Part shown: positions 1 through 7,111 of the stretch, piece by piece
Layout of the letters: each line of letters starts with the position of its first letter
Position numbering within the stretch: the first letter of the stretch is position 1
NCBI GenBank assembly: GCA_964478415.1
Contig: CAYZII010000003.1
Location: 468-64,467, forward strand
Direction: 5' to 3'
DNA: 64,000 nucleotides
Origin: an uncultured Methyloversatilis sp.
GTDB lineage: Bacteria > Pseudomonadota > Gammaproteobacteria > Burkholderiales > Rhodocyclaceae
Notes under the pieces: model-generated
Database searches by the model: none
Told to the model about the DNA's origin: nothing
The model's input: the letters and a program-made list of their open reading frames with translations, nothing else
Translations under genes and position numbers: made by a program

Positions 1-56
1 TCTGTCCAACCGGTTCGCTGAAGTTCGACATCAAGGGTCTGTCGAAGCTGATCTGA
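1..56 (+). CDS. 3' end of an upstream gene (partial, runs off window); possibly a 4Fe-4S ferredoxin-type protein
   Basis: Frame from nt 3 reads CPTGSLKFDIKGLSKLI then TGA at 54-56. C-P-x-G resembles the last Cys of a ferredoxin cluster motif. NosH/NapH-like identity is only a contextual guess. Confidence 0.25.
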   Translation, partial: CPTGSLKFDIKGLSKLI

Positions 57-93
57 GCGCTGGTGCCGCTTCGCAAAGTTAAAATCCATCGCC

Positions 94-978
94 ATGATCC
101 ATTGCGAAAACCTCTCGAAGTCTTTCCGTCGCGCGCGCGTGCTGGACGGCATCAATCTCGACATCACACTCGGGGAACGCATCGCGCTGATCGGCTCGAA
201 CGGCGCCGGCAAGACGACGCTGATCCGCTGCCTGCTCGGAGAATACATGCATGAGGGCAAGGTGACCATCGACGGCCGGGCGCCACGCACGGAGCGCACC
301 GCGGTGCTCGGCAAGATCGGCTTCGTGCCGCAACTGCCACCGCCATTGAAGATGCCGGTGGGCCAGTTGATCGAATTCTCCGCCCGGCTGTCCGGCGCTG
401 ACCCGAAACAGATCCAGGCGATCTCCGAAAGGCTCGGGCTACCCATCGATGCGATCCGCAGCCGGCCTTTCAACCGTCTCTCCGGCGGAATGAAACAGAA
501 GCTCTTGATCGCGATCGCGCTCGGCCGCAATGCCAAGCTCCTGATCATGGACGAGCCAGCCGCCAACCTCGACCCCGCGGCCCGGCGTATCTTCTTCGAG
601 CTCTTGGCCGAGCGTCAGGATGACGCGACGATGATCATCTCCAGTCACCGCATCGACGAAGTAGCCGCATTGGTCAACCGCGTGATCGAGATGGACATGG
701 GCCGGATCGTACTCGACGACAAGGTCGCCGATGACGTGTCTCTGACCGGTGTCTCCGCCTGCCGCATCGTCGTGCGACGCACCGATCCGGCGTTCGCCAA
801 GGCACTGGCCGGCTGGAAATTCACCAGCGATGCCGACGGCCTGATCTGGCAAGGCGAAGTCGCCGGCCCGGACCGCCTGCGTTTCCTGGGCATGGTTTCG
901 CGCTATGTCGCGCTGATCGCCGATCTTTCGCTGACGGAAAAAATCGGCGCTGGGGATGCGGCACGGAGGCTGCAATGA
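94..978 (+). CDS. nosF: ABC transporter ATP-binding protein, NosF-like
   Basis: 294-aa ORF with Walker A GSNGAGKT, ABC signature LSGGMKQK and Walker B LLIMDEP. 4-nt overlap with the downstream NosL-like gene. Confidence 0.8.
   Translation: MIHCENLSKSFRRARVLDGINLDITLGERIALIGSNGAGKTTLIRCLLGEYMHEGKVTIDGRAPRTERTAVLGKIGFVPQLPPPLKMPVGQLIEFSARLSGADPKQIQAISERLGLPIDAIRSRPFNRLSGGMKQKLLIAIALGRNAKLLIMDEPAANLDPAARRIFFELLAERQDDATMIISSHRIDEVAALVNRVIEMDMGRIVLDDKVADDVSLTGVSACRIVVRRTDPAFAKALAGWKFTSDADGLIWQGEVAGPDRLRFLGMVSRYVALIADLSLTEKIGAGDAARRLQ
937..964 (-). repeat. Dispersed repeat core, reverse orientation, at nosF 3' end
   Basis: Reverse complement GTGCCGCATCCCCAGCGCCGATTTTTTC, versus hand consensus GTGCCGTCCCGCCAGCGCCGAGTTTTC. 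Confidence 0.6.
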
Positions 979-1466
979 AGCGCCGCGCATTCCTTGGGAC
1001 GATGTTTGCCGTCTCGCCGCTCGCCGCATCGCTCGCGGCGCTGGGCGGCTGCGGCAGGGAGGAAGGCTGGCCGGAAGGCATGCAGCCGATCAAATGGGAT
1101 CGCGACACCTGTGTCGTTTGCAACATGGTGATCTCGGACCGCCGCTTCGCCGCTGAGTTGCGTGGTGGACCGAAGAACAACGTGTTCAAGTTCGACGATC
1201 CCGGCTGCATCGCGCTGTTCCTGCACGACAAGGCAGATAAATTTCCATGGATTCGCGAACCGGCAACCAAGATCTGGGTCGCCGACGTGACCAGTCCCGT
1301 CGATGCGGTGCGTTGGCTCGATGCGAAAACCGCCCACTATGTCGCGAAGTATTCGCCGATGGGTTATAACTTCGGCGCCGTCGCCCATCCCCAGGCCGGC
1401 TCGGTCGATTTCGCGACGATGGCCGAACACGTTGTCGCCAAGGTCAGAAAGAGCGTCAAACAATGA
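975..1466 (+). CDS. nosL: NosL-family copper-chaperone-like lipoprotein
   Basis: 163 aa with lipobox LGGC. NosL-like motif DTCVVCNMVISDRRFAAE ... FKFDDPGC. Confidence 0.75.
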   Translation: MKRRAFLGTMFAVSPLAASLAALGGCGREEGWPEGMQPIKWDRDTCVVCNMVISDRRFAAELRGGPKNNVFKFDDPGCIALFLHDKADKFPWIREPATKIWVADVTSPVDAVRWLDAKTAHYVAKYSPMGYNFGAVAHPQAGSVDFATMAEHVVAKVRKSVKQ

Positions 1467-2290
1467 AACAGCTCTGGCTCACCGCCCGCCTCGACATCGT
1501 CGAATCGCTGCGTTCGCGCTGGTTTCTGATCTACACCGGCGTGTTCGGCGGCATCGTCGCGCTCCTGTTCCTCTTTGGTCTGACCGAATCGCGCGTGCTC
1601 GGCTTCATCGGCCTGTCCCGCCTGCTGGTGACCTACATCCAGCTGACGATGGCGATCTTGCCGATTTTCGTGCTGATCACGACAGTGCGTTCGGTGGCCG
1701 GCGACCGCGAGGCCGGCGTCTATGAATACTTGTTGTCGTTGCCGGTCTCATTGGGCGCCTGGTTCTGGGGCAAGATTCTCGGCCGCTATCTGGTGATTTT
1801 CGCGCCGGTGTTCCTAGCGATGCTCGCCGCCGTCGGCATCGCGATGATCAAGGAGATCGAGATTCCCTGGGAGATGTTCGGCTACTACACGGCGCTTCTC
1901 GCCGCGATGGCCGCCTGCTTCCTGGGCTTGGGAATGCTGATCTCGGCCATCGCGAAAAGCACCGACATGGCCCAGGGCGCGGCCTTCCTGACCTGGCTGA
2001 TCCTGCTCTTGTTCCTCGATCTGATCCTGCTCGGCGTGTTGATCCAGGGACGCGTCGCTCCAGAAGTCGCGATCGGCATCGCGCTGGCAAACCCCCTGCA
2101 GGTCTTTCGCACCGCCGCGCTGGCCCTGTTCGATCCGCAGCTGATCGTGCTCGGCCCAGCCGCCTATGTGATCCTCGATACTTTCGGCGCCAGCGGTTAC
2201 AAACTGTTCGCGCTCGCCTATCCGACGGCGCTCGGGCTGCTGGCCGCGGGCCTGGGGTATGTGATTTTCCGGCGCGGAGATTTGCCGTGA
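1463..2290 (+). CDS. nosY: ABC-2 type permease, NosY-like
   Basis: 275 aa with multiple hydrophobic segments. ATGA start/stop overlap with nosL. Sits in the same operon as the ABC ATPase. Confidence 0.7.
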   Translation: MKQLWLTARLDIVESLRSRWFLIYTGVFGGIVALLFLFGLTESRVLGFIGLSRLLVTYIQLTMAILPIFVLITTVRSVAGDREAGVYEYLLSLPVSLGAWFWGKILGRYLVIFAPVFLAMLAAVGIAMIKEIEIPWEMFGYYTALLAAMAACFLGLGMLISAIAKSTDMAQGAAFLTWLILLLFLDLILLGVLIQGRVAPEVAIGIALANPLQVFRTAALALFDPQLIVLGPAAYVILDTFGASGYKLFALAYPTALGLLAAGLGYVIFRRGDLP

Positions 2291-2781
2291 TCCGCTGGCG
2301 GCGCGCTTTCCTCGCGGCAATATTTCTCTGGCTGCCGCTGACGAGCCAGGCCGCAGAAGCCTCGGCGCTCTTCGACGCTACGCTCACTGCTCCCGATGAC
2401 AGGCCGCAGGCGATGGCACAATGGAAAGGCAAGCCGCTGATCGTCAATTTCTGGGCGCGCTGGTGCGGCCCCTGCCGCGACGAGATGCCGGCACTGAAAG
2501 CGATCGCCGACAAATACCGCAGCCAGGGAATCACGGTGATCGGCATCGCGATCGAGGAGAACAGCGCGAATGCACGGGATTTCCTGAAAGCCTACGAGGT
2601 CGATTACCCGAACTTCTTCGCCGGTGCTTACGGCACCGAGCTGATGAAGGCGCTTGGCAATACCAGGGCCGGCCTGCCTTTCACCATCTTCATCGACCGC
2701 CAGGGCATGCCCATCGGCCACAAGGTGGGGCGCATCAGCCGGGGCGAACTCGAGGCTGCTGCCGCTGCCCTGCTCAATTGA
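2287..2781 (+). CDS. TlpA/ResA-like periplasmic thiol:disulfide oxidoreductase
   Basis: 164 aa with a signal-like N-terminus and thioredoxin-fold motif FWARWCGPCRDEMP. 4-nt overlap with nosY. Confidence 0.8.
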   Translation: MIRWRRAFLAAIFLWLPLTSQAAEASALFDATLTAPDDRPQAMAQWKGKPLIVNFWARWCGPCRDEMPALKAIADKYRSQGITVIGIAIEENSANARDFLKAYEVDYPNFFAGAYGTELMKALGNTRAGLPFTIFIDRQGMPIGHKVGRISRGELEAAAAALLN

Positions 2782-2783
2782 GG

Positions 2784-3512
2784 ATGTCAGCCCCCCGCCA
2801 CGCGCTCGACGAAAGTTTTGGCCGCCACGCGGTGCCGCCGCAGGAGAGGCGCCACCGCATCCGGCGCATGTTCGACGCGATCGCGCCGCGTTACGACCTG
2901 ATGAACGACCTGATGAGCTTCGGCATCCACCGGCTGTGGAAACGCCGGCTGGCCAGTCGCTGTAAGGGCATGACCGGCTTCGTCGTCGATCTGGCGGGCG
3001 GCACCGGCGATGTCGCGCGGCGACTCGTGCGTGCCGACCGCATCGTCACCGTCTGCGATCCCGGCATCGAAATGATGAAAGTCGGTGCTGGAAAGACGGC
3101 ACCGATCCACTGGATCGCCGGCGAGGCCGAGGCGCTGCCCTTTGCGACCGGCAGCGTCGATCTGCTGACGATCTCGTTCGGCATCCGCAACGTCACCCAG
3201 CTTGCCGCGGCGCTTTCTGAGATCCATCGTGTAATCAAGCCCGGCGGACGCTTCGTCTGTCTCGAATTCTCGCGTCCGGCCTGGTGGCTGGCGCCGTTCT
3301 ACGATCTCTATTCGTGGCTGGTGATTCCGCGCCTCGGCGCCGCGGTGGCGCGCGCATCCGGCGCCTACCAGTATCTGGTCGAATCGATCCGGCGTTTTCC
3401 CGATCAGCGTGAGTTCGCCGATCTGCTCACCGCAGCCGGCTTTCGCGAGGTGCGTTGGGAAAATCTCTCATTCGGCATCGCCTGCCTGCATTTCGGAACC
3501 AAGGCCGCATGA
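2784..3512 (+). CDS. ubiE: Demethylmenaquinone/ubiquinone C-methyltransferase (UbiE/MenG family)
   Basis: Internal ATG 2784 of ORF 2421..3512. RMFDAIAPRYDLMNDLMSFGIHRLWKR plus SAM motif VVDLAGGTGD. The upstream part of the ORF overlaps the tlpA frame and is Arg-rich noise. Confidence 0.85.
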   Translation: MSAPRHALDESFGRHAVPPQERRHRIRRMFDAIAPRYDLMNDLMSFGIHRLWKRRLASRCKGMTGFVVDLAGGTGDVARRLVRADRIVTVCDPGIEMMKVGAGKTAPIHWIAGEAEALPFATGSVDLLTISFGIRNVTQLAAALSEIHRVIKPGGRFVCLEFSRPAWWLAPFYDLYSWLVIPRLGAAVARASGAYQYLVESIRRFPDQREFADLLTAAGFREVRWENLSFGIACLHFGTKAA

Positions 3513-4432
3513 AGCTCGAACCGCCCGGCGCGCTGATCGCATCGCCACCACCGCCGTGGCGCATCTGGTGGCTGGCGGCTCGTCCGCGCACCTTGCCGCT
3601 CTCCCTGACACCGGTGCTGGTCGGTCTGTCACTCGCTTGGGCAGAGGGCGCGACGCCGCGGGTGCTGGCCGCGCTGGCGACGCTGGCTGCGGCGCTCCTG
3701 ATCCAGATCGGCACCAACCTGTACAACGATGCCGCCGATTTCGAGCGCGGCAACGATTCGCCCGGCCGGCTGGGCCCCTTGCGTGTCACCGCCGCTGGTT
3801 GGGTGAGCCCCCGGCAGGTACGTTTCGCTGCCTATCTGGCTTTCGGCAGCGCCTTTGGGCTCGGCACCACCCTCGCCTGGCTCGGCGGCTGGCCGATCGT
3901 TCTCATCGGTCTGGCCGCGCTGGCCGCGGGGCTGGCCTATTCCGGCGGGCCGCGGCCGATCTCGCATACGCCGTATGGCGAACTGTTCGTCTGGTTCTTC
4001 TTTGGTGTGCTCGCCGTCGCCGGGACACACTGGCTTCAGGCGCAGCGCCTCTCTCCCACCGCGCTGCTCGCCGGCGCGGCGCTGGGCCTGCCGGCGGCCG
4101 CGGTGTTGCTCGTCAATAATCTGCGCGACCTCATCCCCGACCGCGCCGCCGGCCGCGTGACGCTGGCCGCGCTGCTGGGCGATCGGCCGGCACGCGACAC
4201 TCATGCGGTGCTGATGATCGCGCCATTCGGTTTCCTGCCCGCGCTCGCCGCGCTGCTGCCCAACAGCCCCGGCGTCTGGCTTGCGCTGGTCGCGCTGCCG
4301 GCCAGCCTCGCCGTGGTCAAACGGATGCGCAGCGCGCACGGGCATGCTTTCAACGAGGTGCTGGCCGCCACGGCGCGCGCCCAGTTCCTGTTCGGTCTTT
4401 TCCTCGCCATCGGTTTTCTGCTCCCATTATGA
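3509..4432 (+). CDS. menA: 1,4-dihydroxy-2-naphthoate polyprenyltransferase
   Basis: ATG 3509 overlaps the ubiE stop (ATGA). UbiA-superfamily motif [14 protein letters not shown]. Many hydrophobic segments. Confidence 0.85.
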   Translation: MKLEPPGALIASPPPPWRIWWLAARPRTLPLSLTPVLVGLSLAWAEGATPRVLAALATLAAALLIQIGTNLYNDAADFERGNDSPGRLGPLRVTAAGWVSPRQVRFAAYLAFGSAFGLGTTLAWLGGWPIVLIGLAALAAGLAYSGGPRPISHTPYGELFVWFFFGVLAVAGTHWLQAQRLSPTALLAGAALGLPAAAVLLVNNLRDLIPDRAAGRVTLAALLGDRPARDTHAVLMIAPFGFLPALAALLPNSPGVWLALVALPASLAVVKRMRSAHGHAFNEVLAATARAQFLFGLFLAIGFLLPL

Positions 4433-5256
4433 CGTTTAAATGGACTTCCGCCGGCAATTACGGTGACATCCTCTACGAACTCTCCGGCGATGGCATCGCG
4501 AAGATTTCGATCAACCGTCCGCAGCGCCGCAACGCCTTCCGCCCAGAAACCGTGATGGAACTAATGGATGCCTTCACCCGCGCCCACCGCGACCCGGAGG
4601 TCGGCGTGATCATCCTCACCGGTGTCGGCGACAAAGCCTTCTGTTCGGGAGGGGATCAGACCGTGCGCGGCGATGATGGCGGCTATCACGATGCTGCGAC
4701 CGGCACGCCGCATCTGAACGTGCTCGATTTGCAGATGCAGATCCGCCGCCTACCGAAGCCTGTCGTTGCGATGGTCGCCGGCTATGCGATCGGTGGTGGC
4801 CATGTGCTGCATCTGGTCTGCGATCTGACCATTGCCGCCGACAATGCGCGTTTCGGCCAGACCGGCCCGCGTGTCGGCAGCTTCGATGCGGGCCTGGGCG
4901 CAGGCCTGCTGGCACGCGCGATCGGCATCAAACGCGCGAAGGAAATCTGGTTCCTGTGCAGGCAATACGATGCCCAGACCGCGCTCGCCTGGGGCCTGGT
5001 CAACGCCGTCGTGCCGCTCGAGTAACTCGAAGACGAGACCGTCGCCTGGTGCCGCGAGATGCTCAAGCTCTCGCCGACGGCGCTCAGGATGATCAAGGCC
5101 GGCTTCAACGCCGATACCGATGGACTGGCCGGCATCCAAGAACTCGCCGGGCAAGCCACCGGGCTCTTTTACATGACCGCAGAAGGACAGGAAGGCCGCA
5201 ATGCCTGGCTCGAAAAGCGGCCGCCGGATTTCTCCAAATTCCGCCGCCGGCCATAA
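4429..5256 (+). pseudogene. menB: 1,4-dihydroxy-2-naphthoyl-CoA synthase interrupted by one in-frame TAA
   Basis: ORFs 4429..5025 and 5059..5256 are in the same frame, split only by TAA at 5023-5025. The joined product ...[23 protein letters not shown]...[29 protein letters not shown] is collinear with crotonase-fold MenB. Confidence 0.85.
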
Positions 5257-5442
5257 GCACGCGGAGTGTCTTATGATGGCGAACCTCTGCATAACGGCAC
5301 GAGCGGGATGGGATGCAAGGCGTTTGGTGCACAGCATGCGAGACATATCAAGTAGATAGGCGAGCATCCGAGCACCGCGCAACGCAGCAGACCGCCCGCA
5401 CAGCAAGTTAGGCAGAGGTTTCAAGGCGATAAGGAGCAGAAT

Positions 5443-5673
5443 ATGACCTCTTTCGATCGCATCACCATTAATCCCGCCATCATGAACGGTCAGCCCACTA
5501 TCCGCGGCATGCGCTTGACCGTCCGCCGCGTCGTCGAAGCGGTGGCGCTCTATCCCGACCGCGCCGAACTGTTACGCGAATATCCCGAGCTCGAAGAAGA
5601 AGATATTCGCCAGGCCTTGGCGTTTGCCGCGAGCAATCTCGCGGATGAAACGCTACCCCTGCTGGCGGCGTGA
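5443..5673 (+). CDS. DUF433-family antitoxin-like protein
   Basis: 76 aa. ITINPAIMNGQPTIRGMRLTVRRVVE is typical of DUF433. GTGA overlap with the downstream PIN-like gene. AAGGAG Shine-Dalgarno sequence upstream. Confidence 0.7.
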   Translation: MTSFDRITINPAIMNGQPTIRGMRLTVRRVVEAVALYPDRAELLREYPELEEEDIRQALAFAASNLADETLPLLAA

Positions 5674-6038
5674 TCTCGCTGCTTTTCGATCAGGGGTTGC
5701 CACGCTCCGCAGCGGTGGCGTTACGGGAGGCAGGATGGCTGGTTACGCATGTCGCCGAAATCGGACTATCCAAAGCTAGCGATTCTGCCATCATCGACTA
5801 TGCGCGCACCCACGGCTGCCATATCGTCACACTGGATGCCGATTTTCATGCACTGCTGGCGATCTCCGGCGCCCGTGCGCCTTCTGTGCTGCGGCTGCGT
5901 ATCGAAGGACTCAGAGCCACTGAACTTGCCGATCTGCTGAAACGTCTCTGGCCGCAAATCTCGGCGGCCATCAGCGCCGGCGCGCTCGTCACCGTGACGG
6001 AAAAACAAGTGCGCATCAAAGGCTTGCCGATCGCGTGA
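5670..6038 (+). CDS. DUF5615/PIN-like (Mut7-C-like) putative toxin
   Basis: 122 aa with GTG start. FDQGLPRSAAVALREAGW...IVTLDADFHALLA pattern. Paired with the DUF433 gene. Confidence 0.6.
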   Translation: MISLLFDQGLPRSAAVALREAGWLVTHVAEIGLSKASDSAIIDYARTHGCHIVTLDADFHALLAISGARAPSVLRLRIEGLRATELADLLKRLWPQISAAISAGALVTVTEKQVRIKGLPIA

Positions 6039-7111
6039 CCACGACCCTTCTCATTGCCGAGATCATTCCCTATCGCCTGCCGCTCAAGCGTCCCTGGGTC
6101 GGGGCGTCCGTGACGCTGACCGAGCGGCGCGGGGTGTTATTACGGCTCGTCGATGAGGACGGCCTGGCAGGCTGGGGCGATTGTGCGCCACTGCCCAGCC
6201 GCAGGGATCCGCAGGCGGTCATCGATGCGCTCGCCACCTGGTCGTGCCGTCCCGCCAGCGCCGAGTTTTCGAAGTGGCTCGGCGCCCGGCGGGACGATTT
6301 CTTTTCTGCCAGCGCCGAGTTTCAACATTTGCCTGCCGAAGCGCGCTGGGCGATCGAAACCGCGCTGGCGGATCTCGCCGCGCAGCGTGCCGGCCTGCCG
6401 CTGTGGCGGCATCTGGGCGGGACGTCGAATGAGGTCGAAGTCAATGCCGCGCTCGGTCCTCTCGACGAAGCATTGCCCGAGCGCCTCGTCGCCGCGCAGG
6501 CGCAAGGCTATCGCATCGGCAAGATCAAGGTGGGCCTGGCGCCTGTCGAAGAGGAGATCGCCCGCCTGCGCGCGCTGGATACGCCACTCTCGCTGCGTCT
6601 CGATGCCAATCGCGCATTCGACGATGATGCGGCGGAGCGTTTCCTGACGGCGCTCGCCGACCTGCCGATCGAGGCGGTCGAAGAGCCGTTTCAGCGGCCG
6701 TCGTTGGCAAAACTCGCCGCGCTGCAGGCGAGGCTCCCCTTCCCGCTCGCGCTCGATGAATCGCTGCCTGACTTTCCCCTCGCCGCAGTGATTGAAGCCC
6801 GCGCAGTACGTCGCCTGGTGCTGAAACCGGCGCGGCTGGGCGGTATCGCTGCGACGCTAGCGATCGCGCGCGAGGCGCAGGCGGCCGGCATCGAGGTCGT
6901 GCTCACCTCGGTAGTCGATTCGGCGGTCGGTGTCACTGCCGCCACCCATCTGGCCGCGGCACTCTCGCCCGATCTCACACATGGCCTGGGCACCAGTGCG
7001 TGGCTCGCGGAGGATGTCGCGCAGCCGCTGCCCATCCTCGGCGGTTCGATGAAACTGCCAGAGGCAGCGGGATTAGGTCTCACCCCGGCAACGGTTCGGG
7101 CCGGTGGATGA
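6035..7111 (+). CDS. menC: o-succinylbenzoate synthase (enolase superfamily)
   Basis: GTG 6035 overlaps the toxin stop. Motifs YRIGKIKVG, LRLDANRAF, VEEP. Carries the 83-nt repeat at 6244-6326 in frame. Confidence 0.8.
   Translation: MTTTLLIAEIIPYRLPLKRPWVGASVTLTERRGVLLRLVDEDGLAGWGDCAPLPSRRDPQAVIDALATWSCRPASAEFSKWLGARRDDFFSASAEFQHLPAEARWAIETALADLAAQRAGLPLWRHLGGTSNEVEVNAALGPLDEALPERLVAAQAQGYRIGKIKVGLAPVEEEIARLRALDTPLSLRLDANRAFDDDAAERFLTALADLPIEAVEEPFQRPSLAKLAALQARLPFPLALDESLPDFPLAAVIEARAVRRLVLKPARLGGIAATLAIAREAQAAGIEVVLTSVVDSAVGVTAATHLAAALSPDLTHGLGTSAWLAEDVAQPLPILGGSMKLPEAAGLGLTPATVRAGG
6244..6326 (+). repeat. 83-nt composite repeat element, in frame inside menC
   Basis: The core is followed by GGCGGGACG (6288-6296), complementary to CGTCCCGCC (6248-6256). 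GCCAGCGCCGAGTTT is repeated exactly 54 nt downstream (6254 and 6308). Confidence 0.85.

Noticed and set aside
5257-5442. Spacer after menB examined for IS ends, integrase remnants or direct repeats flanking the TA insertion
   Set aside because: No inverted or direct repeats, or transposase-like ORFs, could be recognised by eye.
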